A stretch of 64,000 nucleotides of DNA from Thermoplasmatota archaeon. GTDB lineage: Archaea; Thermoplasmatota; E2; UBA202; DSCA01. The position numbers were made by a program, and so were the translations under genes. Within the stretch, counting starts at the first letter, position 1, and each line of letters begins with the position of its first letter. The stretch lies in contig JAWOAW010000017.1 in the NCBI GenBank assembly GCA_046498345.1, positions 526 through 64,525 on the forward strand. The letters run 5' to 3'. The notes under the pieces are model-generated. The model was given only the letters and a program-made list of their open reading frames with translations, ran no database searches and was not told where the DNA came from. Shown piece by piece: positions 55,047 to 64,000 of this stretch.

Positions 55047-55075
55047 GCCGGCTCTTTTTCCTTCTTTTTTTATAG
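55031..55075 (+). terminator. Hairpin (AGCCGGC-N9-GCCGGCT) followed by the T-rich tract CTTTTTCCTTCTTTTTTT
   Basis: Direct read. Archaeal termination at oligo-T after the small ORF stop (55044-55046). Confidence 0.45.
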
Positions 55076-55104
55076 ACCGTAACTCATTTATACAGCCACC
55101 TAAA

Positions 55105-55116
55105 TAACAATTGTTA
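55105..55116 (+). promoter_or_regulatory. Perfect 12-nt palindrome TAACAATTGTTA between TATA (CATTTATAC at 55085-55093) and the nadA ATG
   Basis: Direct read. Same spacing relative to TATA/ATG as the copy at 54873-54885. Confidence 0.5.
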
Positions 55117-55119
55117 AAA

Positions 55120-56022
55120 ATGGACGGCAGACTCGGGCAGCTCAAACAAAAACACAACGCAGTCATCCTCGCCCACAACTACCAGCGTCCCGAAGTACAA
55201 GACGTGGCCGACTACGTCGGCGACTCCCTCGGCCTGGCCATGCAGGCGTCAGAGACAAACGCAGACACCGTCGTCTTCTGCGGCGTCGACTTCATGGCCG
55301 AAACAGCGAAGATACTCAACCCGGACAAAACGGTGGTACATCCGAATGAAGAGGCGAGATGCCCCCTGGCGGCCATGGTGGACGTCGAGGGACTGCAGGC
55401 ACTCAAAGAGAAACATCCATCGGCAGGCGTGGTATCCTACGTCAACACGACCGCCGAGGTAAAGGCAGCCAGCGACATCTGCTGCACCTCATCCAACGCG
55501 GTCAAGGCCATTAAGAGCTTAGCGGAGGAAACAATCATCTTCGTACCGGACGAACACCTGGGCCGATACGCCCAGCGCTTCCTCCCCGACCGGAACCTCA
55601 TCCTGTGGCCCGGCATCTGCCCCACACATCACACCATCACAGCAGAGGACATCCAGGCGCTGCAGCACGAGCATCCCAGCGCGAAAACCATGGTACATCC
55701 CGAATGCCGGCCGGCGGTGATAGACCTCGCCGACGAGGTGCTCTCCACGGGCGGTATGATACGGGATGCCCGCTACGGGGACGCCGACGCGTTCATCGTG
55801 GGCACCGAAAAAGAGCTCTGCCACCGCCTGTCCACCGAATGCCCCGACAAGCGGTTCCATCCCATACACAAGGCTTGCTGCCCGAACATGAAGAAGATAA
55901 CGCTGGAAAAAGTTTTAAAAAGCATAGAGACGTTAACCCCCACGGTTTCCCTGTCCAGGCGTGTCATCAAAGAAGCGCGGCGGCCCCTGCAACGCATGAT
56001 GGACATGGGAAGAGGCGATTGA
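55120..56022 (+). CDS. nadA: Quinolinate synthase A
   Basis: NAVILAHNYQ, three conserved Cys regions, a very typical NadA. A TTG at 55111 is an alternative start. Confidence 0.9.
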   Translation: MDGRLGQLKQKHNAVILAHNYQRPEVQDVADYVGDSLGLAMQASETNADTVVFCGVDFMAETAKILNPDKTVVHPNEEARCPLAAMVDVEGLQALKEKHPSAGVVSYVNTTAEVKAASDICCTSSNAVKAIKSLAEETIIFVPDEHLGRYAQRFLPDRNLILWPGICPTHHTITAEDIQALQHEHPSAKTMVHPECRPAVIDLADEVLSTGGMIRDARYGDADAFIVGTEKELCHRLSTECPDKRFHPIHKACCPNMKKITLEKVLKSIETLTPTVSLSRRVIKEARRPLQRMMDMGRGD

Positions 56023-56023
56023 C

Positions 56024-57175
56024 ATGAAACAGATATACCTCGACCATGCGGCTACCACGCCGGTCGACCCCGACGTGCTCGAAGCCATGACCCCCTATTT
56101 CACCGACACATACGGAAACGCCTCCTCGCTGCACAGCCAGGGGACGGCAGCAAAACAGGCCCTCGAGCAAAGCCGGGAGCAGGTCGCCGGCCTCATCGGC
56201 GCCGACCCCGACGAGGTCATTTTCACGGGAAGCGGCACCGAAAGCGACAACCTCGCAGTCAAAGGCGTTGCCATGCAGCACGGCGGCGGCCACGTCATCA
56301 CCAGCCAGATAGAACACCCGGCGGTGCTGCAGCCCTGCAAACATCTCGAAAAAAAGGGCTTCGACGTAACCTATCTTCCCGTCGACGAACACGGCATGGT
56401 TGACCCCTCCGATGTCGGCGACGCGATACGGAGCGACACCCTCCTGGTCAGCGTCATGCACGCCAACAACGAGATCGGGACCATCGAGCCAGTCAAAGAG
56501 ATAGCACGGATTGCCCACGAGCACGAGGTGGCGGTGCACACCGACGCGGTGCAGACAGTGGGCAAAATCCCCGTGGACGTCCGCGAGCTCGGCGTCGACA
56601 TGCTCTCCCTGTCGGCACACAAAATATACGGGCCAAAGGGAGTCGGCGCCTTATACGTCCGGGAGGGCACCCGACTGGAGCCGCTGCTCCACGGCGGTGG
56701 CCACGAACACGGGCTGCGCTCCTCGACCGAAAACGTTCCCGGCATCGTCGGCCTCGGCACGGCATGCCAGCTGGCCAAGACGCGGCATGATGGAGAACAG
56801 AAGCGCCTCACGGGGCTCCGGGACCGGCTGATAGACGGCGTGCTGGACATCGAGGAAACATATCTCAACGGGCATCCCATCCAACGATTGCCCAACAACG
56901 CCCATTTCCGTTTTACCGCCATCGAGGGCGAATCACTGCTGCTGAGCCTGGACGAAAAGGGCATCGCAGCATCGACGGGCTCCGCCTGCTCCTCGAAAAA
57001 GCTGCAGGCCTCGCACGTCCTGCTGGCCATCGGGCTGGACAAGGTCGACGCCCATGGCTCCCTCCGGCTCACGCTGGGCAGGGACAACACCGAGGAGGAC
57101 GTCGACACCGTGCTCGACGTGCTTCCCGGCGTCATAGAGCGACTCCGCGAGATGTCCCCATTATGGAGCAGATAA
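56024..57175 (+). CDS. iscS: Cysteine desulfurase (IscS/NifS class)
   Basis: PLP-Lys context (SLSAHKIYGPKGVGALY) and the catalytic Cys loop (ASTGSACSS). Confidence 0.9.
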   Translation: MKQIYLDHAATTPVDPDVLEAMTPYFTDTYGNASSLHSQGTAAKQALEQSREQVAGLIGADPDEVIFTGSGTESDNLAVKGVAMQHGGGHVITSQIEHPAVLQPCKHLEKKGFDVTYLPVDEHGMVDPSDVGDAIRSDTLLVSVMHANNEIGTIEPVKEIARIAHEHEVAVHTDAVQTVGKIPVDVRELGVDMLSLSAHKIYGPKGVGALYVREGTRLEPLLHGGGHEHGLRSSTENVPGIVGLGTACQLAKTRHDGEQKRLTGLRDRLIDGVLDIEETYLNGHPIQRLPNNAHFRFTAIEGESLLLSLDEKGIAASTGSACSSKKLQASHVLLAIGLDKVDAHGSLRLTLGRDNTEEDVDTVLDVLPGVIERLREMSPLWSR

Positions 57176-57176
57176 C

Positions 57177-57557
57177 ATGAGCATATATACCGACAAGGTC
57201 ATGGAGCACTTTCGCAACCCCCGCAACATGGGCGAGCTCGAAAACCCCGACGGCGTCGGCAAGGTCGGCAACCCGGTCTGCGGCGACGTGATGACCATCC
57301 ACATCAAGGTCGAGGACGACAGGCTGGCGGACATCAAGTTCAAGACGTTCGGATGCGCCGCTGCCATCGCCACCAGCAGCATGATAACCGAGCTGGCCAA
57401 AGATATGACGCTCGACGAGGCAATGCAGGTGAGTAACGAGGACGTCGCCGACGCCCTGGAAGGGCTTCCCCAGGTCAAGATGCACTGCTCCAACCTGGCC
57501 GCCGAGGGGCTGCACAAGGCCATCCAAGACTACCGGGAAAAACAGGGAAAGGGTTAA
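57177..57557 (+). CDS. iscU: Fe-S cluster assembly scaffold IscU/NifU-like
   Basis: Three conserved Cys (GNPVCGDVM, FGCAAAIA, HCSNLA). Confidence 0.9.
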   Translation: MSIYTDKVMEHFRNPRNMGELENPDGVGKVGNPVCGDVMTIHIKVEDDRLADIKFKTFGCAAAIATSSMITELAKDMTLDEAMQVSNEDVADALEGLPQVKMHCSNLAAEGLHKAIQDYREKQGKG

Positions 57558-57580
57558 ATCACACCCCTGGTTGAAAGGAC

Positions 57581-58006
57581 ATGAAACGACTTCTCGCAGC
57601 GGCGGTGGCCCTGCTTTTCCTGCCGCTTGCTCCCCTGGCAGTGCAGGCCGAACCCGGCGGCGACGCATCCGTAACCATCACCGAGCCAGCCGGCGGCATC
57701 TACTACCACGGAAGCAGGCTGACGCCAAACTATACGCCATCCTGGACCCTCATACTCGGGGCAAGCATCCAGGTGACAGCGGAGACCACCGGCGCCGTCA
57801 TATCCGTCACGTTTATCTTGTACGACGTCAGAGACAAGACAACCGTGGACAAGACCACGGACGTCACCCCGGGCGACGGCTTCTCCGGCACCTTCCAGGT
57901 AATGCCAGCCGGGACCTATCTCGTGGCCGCGGTAGCACTCGTCGCCGACATCGAGGAACCCGTGGCCTCGGACTGGCGGACCCCCATCTTCGTCTTCCCG
58001 ATGTAG
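57581..58006 (+). CDS. Secreted hypothetical protein
   Basis: Signal peptide (LLAAAVALLFLPLAPLAVQA); beta-rich; no family. Confidence 0.5.
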   Translation: MKRLLAAAVALLFLPLAPLAVQAEPGGDASVTITEPAGGIYYHGSRLTPNYTPSWTLILGASIQVTAETTGAVISVTFILYDVRDKTTVDKTTDVTPGDGFSGTFQVMPAGTYLVAAVALVADIEEPVASDWRTPIFVFPM

Positions 58007-58045
58007 CAACGGCAACGGTTTTAATGGCCCGGCGCATGCAGAAAC

Positions 58046-58534
58046 ATGGCGATACGTAACCGTCACCCCGTCCGGCAGAAAAAGGCAGCCGACATCCTCC
58101 AGCATATCAAGGAGACGCTGGGCTGCGACGTCACCGTCGACCGGGTCATCGAGACAGCCGACATCGACGGCCGGGAGATGCTCATCATCGACGGTAACAT
58201 CGACGTCTTCTACCTCGACGGCGAGCCCATGCTGACATTGCCCGGCATCCACCACCACGAGCCATCCCAGCGGTACGTCACCGTCGACCACGGCGCCGTA
58301 AAATTCGTGCTCAACGGCGCAGACGTCATGGCACCGGGCATCACCGACGCCGACCCGGACATCGAGCAGGAAGACCTGGTCTGGATACGCAACCCCGAGG
58401 GGACGGGCATCGCCGTCGGGCGCGCCCTCGTCGACGGCCCCGTGATGGTCGAACAGACAAACGGTAAAGCCGTGGAAACCCTGCACTACATCGGCGACGA
58501 GCTCTGGGAGCACAACGAGACGCTGAAAGCATAG
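58046..58534 (+). CDS. PUA-domain RNA-binding protein (archaeal Tma20/MCT-1-like)
   Basis: The C-terminal PUA block is AVKFVLNGADVMAPGI...LVWIRNPEGTGIAVGRAL. Confidence 0.65.
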   Translation: MAIRNRHPVRQKKAADILQHIKETLGCDVTVDRVIETADIDGREMLIIDGNIDVFYLDGEPMLTLPGIHHHEPSQRYVTVDHGAVKFVLNGADVMAPGITDADPDIEQEDLVWIRNPEGTGIAVGRALVDGPVMVEQTNGKAVETLHYIGDELWEHNETLKA

Positions 58535-58816
58535 CCATGAACCGGAGCTAATCCGTTTTTCGATATCCACAGCAATCTGACCACCGCTCCAAGGAGAGGG
58601 ATGTTACCGAGAATAGTAGATGTTAAACCACATAAAAAGTAGAAACGGTAGAATCGCAGCCATCGGCAGAGCAAAAAAGCTTGCGGTCTTCCCGGCGGAG
58701 CACGGTTCCCTGCCAGATACCTCGTATCTTTTTATATGATTTTTTGTCCTTCCCCCAGCGCATCATCATCGCCGATATCAACAAACTTATAAGCCGTGTT
58801 TATTTCCGGTGGTACG

Positions 58817-61519
58817 ATGAGCAGCGACTACGACCCGATGGCATGGGAGCAAAAATGGCAGCGGCGCTGGCAGGAGATGGAGCTCTACCATTTCGACCCC
58901 GACGATGACAACGTCTACTCCATCGACAACCCGCCCCGGTATGCCTCCGGCGGGCTGCACATCGGTCATGCCGTTCACTACACACACATCGACTTCGTGG
59001 CGCGGTACAAGCGCATGCGGGGTTACAACGTGTTCTTTCCCTTGTGTTTCGACGTCAACGGCATCCCGATTGAGGAGCGCGTGGAAAAACGGCTGGGTAT
59101 CACCCGGAAGGACATCGACCGGCACGAGTTCATCGAGCTGTGCCGGGAGTTCGCCGAGGAGAACATCGAGGAGATGAAACGGCAGTTTACCATGCTCGGG
59201 GAGTCCATGGACCCCAGCATCTACTATCAGACGGATGCGGAGTACTATCGGCGTATCACCCAGCTTTCGTTTCTCGACCTGTATGACAAGGGCCACATCT
59301 ACCAGGGTGAGTTTCCCGTCAATTGGTGCCCCCGCTGCATGACCGCGATGGCGGACGCCGAGATAGAGCACGCGGAGCGGGAGACCACGCTGAACACGGT
59401 CAAGTTTTATTTCACGGAGAAGCAGCCCGAGCAGATAGAAAAATACCACGGCATCGGCCGAGATGCGCGAGGCCAGTACCTCGAGATTGCGACCACGCGC
59501 CCCGAGATGTTTCCCACCTGCCACCTGGTGGCGGTGCATCCCGACGACGAGCGGGCGCCCTGGCTGGCCGACCAGGAGGTCATGGTGCCATTGTACGACA
59601 AGCCGGTGCCCATCGTCACGGAGGACAGCGTGGACCCCACGTTTGGCACCGGGCTGCTCATGATATGCACCATCGGCGACAAGGACGACCTCGAGATGGC
59701 GTTCAAATACGACCTGCCCATGGACATCTGCATCGACGAAGCAGGCTGCATGAACGAGCTCGCCGGCCCCTACCAGGGCATGCCCGTCGAAAAAGCCCGC
59801 GAAACGGTCATCGAAGCGTTGCGTGACAACGACATGCTCCTGGAGCAGCAACCGACGGAGCAGAGCGTCGGTGTCTGCTGGCGCTGCAAGACCCCGGTGG
59901 AGTTCACCCAGGCCGAGCAGTGGTTCCTCAAGCTCCTGCCGTTCAAGGAGCAGGTATTGGAGGCCGCCGACGAGATGGACTGGTATCCCGAATACATGAA
60001 GCTCCGCCTCGAGGACTGGGTGAACTCGCTGCGATGGGACTGGGTTATCTCCCGGCAGCGCTACTTTGCCACGCCCATTCCGCTGTGGGAGTGCGCGGAC
60101 TGCGGCGAGGTCGTCGTCGCAACCAGGGAGCAGTGCTATGTCGACCCGACCATCGACGACCCACCGGTGGACGAGTGCCCGGCCTGCGGCGGCCCGCTGC
60201 ATGGCAGCGAGGACGTGTTCGACACCTGGATGGACTCCTCTATCAGCCCATTGTACAACGCGTTCTGGATGCGGGACGAGCGGCTGTTTGACATGCTGTA
60301 CCCGATGTCGCTGCGGCCGCAGGCCCATGACATCATCCGGACCTGGGCGTTCTACACGGTGCTGCGCTGCCTGCTGGTGACCGGTGAGCGGCCGTTCGAC
60401 GAGGTCATGATGGGCGGCTTTATTCTGTCGTCCGACGGGCGGCCGATGCATACCAGCCTGGGGAACGTCATCGACCCGCTCGAGATTCTGGAGGAGGATG
60501 GCGCCGACCCGTTGCGCTACTACGCCGCCAAGTGCAAGCTGGGGGAGGACAACCCGTTCCGGCCGAAGGACCTGGTGCGGGGCAGGCGGCTGATGAAAAA
60601 GCTGTGGAGCGCCATGCGGTTCGTGGGCACCGCTCTGGAAAGGCATGGCCGCGGCGGCGACCGGGACCCGGCGTCGCTCGGCGACGTGGACCGGTGGATG
60701 CTCTCCCGGTATAGCCAGGTGGTGCAGGAATGCACCGAATACATGGACGCGTTTGACTATGCCGATGCGATACGGGCGGCGGAGCATTTTCTCTGGCATG
60801 AGTTCGCCGACCATTACATCGAGATGGTGAAACACCGGGTCTACGACGAGGGCGACACTGATGCACTGTCTGTTCTCTACGAGGTCGGCCTGGGTGTCAC
60901 CAAGCTCCTGGCGCCGTTTCTCCCGCACATCGCGGAGGAGATATATCACCGGTATTTCAGGCAGCATGACGGCGCGGCGAGCATCCATGTGGCTGCATGG
61001 CCGGAGCCTGTCCTGGAGGACGAGGAGGCCGAGCGGCGCGGGAATCTGGTAAAGGAGGTTATTTCGAGCCTGCGTGACTGGAAGAGCAGCCAGGGCATCG
61101 CGCTGAACGCGCCGGTGGAGAACACCGTGACCGTGTACGGCACCACCGGTGAAGCCTTTGAGATGGTACGGGGGAGCAGCGATATCATAAGGAACACGTT
61201 GAGTATCCCGGATCTGTCCATCGAGAGGGGGGTCCCGGAGACCGAGGAGGTTCCCTCGGCGGTCAGGCCGGACTACGCCAGGATAGGCCCCGAATACGGC
61301 GGGGCAACAGGATATATCGTGGAAAAGCTGCAAGAGCGAGACCTCGACGAGCTGTACCGGGAACGGGAGGAGCAGGGCAGCATATCCCTGCCAGAGGTCG
61401 ACGGTGAAACGGTGACGATCCCCGGCGACTACGTGGCGTTTGACATGGACCATCGGATACACGGCAAAACAGCAGATTTAATAAACGTGGGCGACATCAT
61501 TATCTCCATTGAGGGATAG
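58817..61519 (+). CDS. valS: Valyl-tRNA synthetase
   Basis: Class I HIGH (PPRYASGGLHIGHAV), the ValRS-typical WCPRCMTAMADAEIE block, a KMSKS-region variant (GRPMHTSLGNVIDP), and an anticodon-binding C-terminus. Start at MSSDYDP. Confidence 0.9.
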   Translation: MSSDYDPMAWEQKWQRRWQEMELYHFDPDDDNVYSIDNPPRYASGGLHIGHAVHYTHIDFVARYKRMRGYNVFFPLCFDVNGIPIEERVEKRLGITRKDIDRHEFIELCREFAEENIEEMKRQFTMLGESMDPSIYYQTDAEYYRRITQLSFLDLYDKGHIYQGEFPVNWCPRCMTAMADAEIEHAERETTLNTVKFYFTEKQPEQIEKYHGIGRDARGQYLEIATTRPEMFPTCHLVAVHPDDERAPWLADQEVMVPLYDKPVPIVTEDSVDPTFGTGLLMICTIGDKDDLEMAFKYDLPMDICIDEAGCMNELAGPYQGMPVEKARETVIEALRDNDMLLEQQPTEQSVGVCWRCKTPVEFTQAEQWFLKLLPFKEQVLEAADEMDWYPEYMKLRLEDWVNSLRWDWVISRQRYFATPIPLWECADCGEVVVATREQCYVDPTIDDPPVDECPACGGPLHGSEDVFDTWMDSSISPLYNAFWMRDERLFDMLYPMSLRPQAHDIIRTWAFYTVLRCLLVTGERPFDEVMMGGFILSSDGRPMHTSLGNVIDPLEILEEDGADPLRYYAAKCKLGEDNPFRPKDLVRGRRLMKKLWSAMRFVGTALERHGRGGDRDPASLGDVDRWMLSRYSQVVQECTEYMDAFDYADAIRAAEHFLWHEFADHYIEMVKHRVYDEGDTDALSVLYEVGLGVTKLLAPFLPHIAEEIYHRYFRQHDGAASIHVAAWPEPVLEDEEAERRGNLVKEVISSLRDWKSSQGIALNAPVENTVTVYGTTGEAFEMVRGSSDIIRNTLSIPDLSIERGVPETEEVPSAVRPDYARIGPEYGGATGYIVEKLQERDLDELYREREEQGSISLPEVDGETVTIPGDYVAFDMDHRIHGKTADLINVGDIIISIEG

Positions 61520-61608
61520 CGTGAAGGAGAAATACAGGAAGCTCCTGTGGAAGATCTTGGCCGTGCTGGTGATGCTGTTCATGGTGCTGGCCGGGTTCAC
61601 CGTGATAT

Positions 61609-62436
61609 TTACGTCGTGACATCTGCTCCGGCGTTTTTTACCTGGACATCCGTCTTCGAGCCGTTTTTCACGAATGTGATCTCCCGGCCCTGCCCGGCGA
61701 TGGACATGCCCCTGGTTTTGTCGATGACGACGTGTGCCACGTCAACGTCGGGGATGCCGGGGCGGCCGGCCACCGAGAGGTGCATCGATCCCTCCACGGT
61801 GATGGCAAGGCTTGTCCCCTGTATCACGGCTTCCACGGCGGCCGGCTCCGGTATATCCAGCTGGAGGATGGTGCTCTGGAGCGGCTGGAAGACCGCGTCC
61901 TGTTTCGGCGTTATCTCAACGCGCGTCCTCGAAAACGAGGTCTCCCATCGGAGCTCGTGCAGGGTGGAGAGCATGTTGGCAAACCCCCGTATCCGTTTCT
62001 GCAGGCCGGTCACGGCATGCATCTGCTTCCGCATGGCGATACGCTGCTTGAGGTCGTCGATGCCGGCGATGCGGGACTCCAGGCCGCCGATGACCTTCTG
62101 CATCGTTTCCATCTTTTGGCGGAGGTCGTCTCTCAGCTGGCGGAGCATGGCGGCCGGCAGATGACGCCGGGAAAACGTTTCATGGAGAATACTCCCTGTC
62201 TCGTCGATGACGGAGCGAACCGTGGGCTCCCTGGAGACCAATGGCCCATGCTGCGCTATCATGTCCATGTCCACTATCTCGTCCAGCCGTTCTATGACGG
62301 TGATGCTGGCCAGCAGGTCGTCGAGGTGCAGCGTCGCGCCGGCTTCCAGCCAGTCCCGGGCGGTGGCGTACAGGTCGCGGTAGATGGCGTACAGGTCCTC
62401 GTTTTTGTCCGGGTTGGGGATGTCACCGTTATACAT
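61609..62436 (-). CDS. Hypothetical protein with a central coiled-coil, downstream of pyrG
   Basis: Start at [11 protein letters not shown] overlaps the pyrG stop by 8 nt. The upstream extension to 62541 is rejected. Confidence 0.45.
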   Translation of the reverse strand: MYNGDIPNPDKNEDLYAIYRDLYATARDWLEAGATLHLDDLLASITVIERLDEIVDMDMIAQHGPLVSREPTVRSVIDETGSILHETFSRRHLPAAMLRQLRDDLRQKMETMQKVIGGLESRIAGIDDLKQRIAMRKQMHAVTGLQKRIRGFANMLSTLHELRWETSFSRTRVEITPKQDAVFQPLQSTILQLDIPEPAAVEAVIQGTSLAITVEGSMHLSVAGRPGIPDVDVAHVVIDKTRGMSIAGQGREITFVKNGSKTDVQVKNAGADVTT

Positions 62437-64000
62437 CGTCGTCTGCCTGTTTTTTGTCCAGGGCTGCCTGCACGAACCCGTAGAATAATGGGGACGGGTC
62501 CAGGGGGCGGGAGGTAAACTCTGGATGGAACTGCGAGGCAATGTAAAACCGGTGGTCGGGGAGCTCGGCTATCTCCATACGCCGGCGGCTGGGCGAGACC
62601 CCGGAGAAGACCAAGCCTGCTGATTCCAGCGCCTCGATGTCGTCGGGGTTGACCTCGTATCGGTGGCGATGGCGCTCCGATATCTCGGTGGAGCCATACA
62701 GGCGATGGGCGAGCGTGTCCTCCCGTATCTTGATGGGCTGGGCGCCAAGGCGCATGGTGCCGCCCATGTTTTCGACGTCGTGCTGCTCGGGCAGGATGGT
62801 GATGATGGGATGCTTTGTGTCGGGGTCTATTTCGATGCTGTTGCACTGCATGCCGAGTACGTTCTGGCCGTATTCGACGACTGCGAGCTGGAAGCCGAAG
62901 CAGATGCCGAGGTAGGGGACGTTGTGCTCCCGGGCGTACCGGATGGCGTCTATTTTGCCGTCGGCCCCCCGCATGCCGAATCCGCCGGGGACCAGGATGC
63001 CGTGCAGGTGGTCGAGGGATTCCCCGCCTGCCTCCAGTTTTTCGGCGTCGATCCATTCGATGTGCACCGTGGCATCCAGGGGAGCACCGGCGTGGTTGAA
63101 TGCCTCCTCGATGCTGATGTATGAGTCGCTCAGCGAGGTGTATTTGCCGACGATTCCGATGGTGACCTCGTGGCTGGCGTGCTTCACCCGTTCAACGAAG
63201 CGTTTCCATCGGTCGAGGTTGTCGCCCCGTTCCATGCCGAAGCGCTGCAGCAGGAAGCCGGTGAGGCCCTGGTCGTCGAGCATGAGCGGGACCTCGTAGA
63301 TGCAGTCGGCGTCCGGGGCCGATATGACGCCTTCCACGGGGACGTCGCAGAACAGCGATATTTTTTCCCGGGTCTTTTGCTCCAGGGGCTCCTCGGACCT
63401 GCCGATGATGATGTCGGGGTCGATGCCGATGGCCTTGAGCTCTTTGACGGAATGCTGGGTCGGCTTGGTTTTTTGTTCGCCGACCACGTTGAGCACGGGC
63501 ACCAGCGTGGTGTGCAGGAACACGACGTCGTCGGGGCGCTCCTGATGCAGCTGGCGCACTGCCTCCAGGAAGGGCATGGACTCGATGTCGCCGACGGTGC
63601 CCCCGATTTCGACGAGGCAGAGGTCTGCGCCGCTTTCCCGCGCCACGTCCTTTATCCATTCCCTGATTTCGTCGGTGATATGGGGGACGATCTGCACGGT
63701 TTTGCCCAGGTAGTCGCCCCGCCGTTCTTTTTCGATGACCCGCCGGTAGACCCGGCCGGTGGTGATATTGTTTTTGCTTGACAGGTTGACGTCCAGGAAT
63801 CGCTCGTAGTTGCCCAGGTCGAGGTCCACCTCGCTGCCGTCGTCGAGCACGAACACCTCGCCGTGCTGGAACGGGTTCATGGTGCCGGCGTCGCAGTTCA
63901 GATATGGGTCTATCTTTATCGCCGTGACATCGTACCCCTGCATCTTGAACAACAGGCCTATCGACGAGGTGGTGATGCCTTTGCCGAGACCGGACAAAAC
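62429..64000 (-). CDS. pyrG: CTP synthase (N-terminus beyond the window end)
   Basis: [13 protein letters not shown]-loop; glutamine amidotransferase domain (GICFGFQL catalytic Cys, HPEF). The ORF runs off the 3' end of the window. Confidence 0.9.
   Translation of the reverse strand, partial: VLSGLGKGITTSSIGLLFKMQGYDVTAIKIDPYLNCDAGTMNPFQHGEVFVLDDGSEVDLDLGNYERFLDVNLSSKNNITTGRVYRRVIEKERRGDYLGKTVQIVPHITDEIREWIKDVARESGADLCLVEIGGTVGDIESMPFLEAVRQLHQERPDDVVFLHTTLVPVLNVVGEQKTKPTQHSVKELKAIGIDPDIIIGRSEEPLEQKTREKISLFCDVPVEGVISAPDADCIYEVPLMLDDQGLTGFLLQRFGMERGDNLDRWKRFVERVKHASHEVTIGIVGKYTSLSDSYISIEEAFNHAGAPLDATVHIEWIDAEKLEAGGESLDHLHGILVPGGFGMRGADGKIDAIRYAREHNVPYLGICFGFQLAVVEYGQNVLGMQCNSIEIDPDTKHPIITILPEQHDVENMGGTMRLGAQPIKIREDTLAHRLYGSTEISERHRHRYEVNPDDIEALESAGLVFSGVSPSRRRMEIAELPDHRFYIASQFHPEFTSRPLDPSPLFYGFVQAALDKKQADDDV

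Noticed and set aside
58535-58816. 280-bp AT-richer intergenic region before valS, checked for tRNA, sRNA or CRISPR features
   Set aside because: It has no cloverleaf-compatible sequence, no repeat array and no C/D-box pair. It contains TATA-like TTTTTATATGA and AACTTATAAG and a short GATAC-CTC-GTATC hairpin, so it is most simply the valS promoter. The 62-aa minus-strand ORF here looks spurious.
1-64000. Searched for tRNA, rRNA, CRISPR repeats, IS elements, integrase or transposase genes and long direct or inverted repeats
   Set aside because: None found by eye. The only repeated elements are short promoter-proximal motifs, reported as findings.

Overview
This 64 kb window reads as a GC-rich (roughly 62-66% GC, with a few AT-richer islets) archaeal chromosomal segment. 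Archaeal hallmarks are a TATA-box binding protein, an Sm-like protein, ribosomal protein L15e, RpoL, exosome Csl4, Pth2, a PGF-CTERM-anchored secreted protein, TTTATATA-type promoters and frequent ATGA start/stop overlaps. The proteome is not hyper-acidic, so it is probably a non-halophilic euryarchaeon; I cannot name the lineage from sequence alone. I count about 80 protein-coding genes and found no tRNA, rRNA, CRISPR array, IS element or integrase. The long Arg/Pro/Gly-rich ORFs on the opposite strand of real genes are high-GC artefacts.

Housekeeping content:
- valS, pyrG (runs off the window end), nadA-iscS-iscU and leuC/leuD-type dehydratase subunits.
- The archaeal HMG-CoA synthase / thiolase / DUF35 trio.
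- An ADP-forming acetyl-CoA synthetase, truD, an MtaB-like radical-SAM enzyme, a geranylgeranyl reductase and an Obg-like GTPase.

Accessory content worth attention:
1. A two-component system operon that runs into a LuxE-type acyl-adenylate enzyme overlapped with a transglutaminase-like protein. A second transglutaminase-like paralog sits about 14 kb away, beside a PGF-CTERM protein.
2. An unusually elaborate ars island: ArsP-like permease, CVC-type ArsR, ACR3 and LMW-PTP ArsC, with seven thiol-redox genes inserted, including a TlpA-like lipoprotein and a Trx-CcdA membrane fusion. Two palindromic operator-like repeats flank its TATA box, and acr3 has an apparent frameshift at a T7 run at its 5' end.
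3. A Cat1-type acetyl-CoA hydrolase/transferase fused to a Pat-type GNAT, next to ADP-forming ACS translationally coupled to a stand-alone DRTGG/AAA (Pta-N-like) protein.
4. A 12-nt palindrome (TAACAATTGTTA) at the same promoter position upstream of nadA and of a 50-aa Cys-rich ORF.
5. A TroA/ZnuABC-type importer with NikR as its terminal gene.
6. A surface hydrolase cluster: C13-like lipoprotein, UPF0282 MBL-fold protein, and a large Ntn-hydrolase-like / PQQ-propeller / TM-anchored protein.
7. A protein carrying an internally duplicated novel Cys motif.
8. Triplicated TATA-like repeats upstream of tbp.
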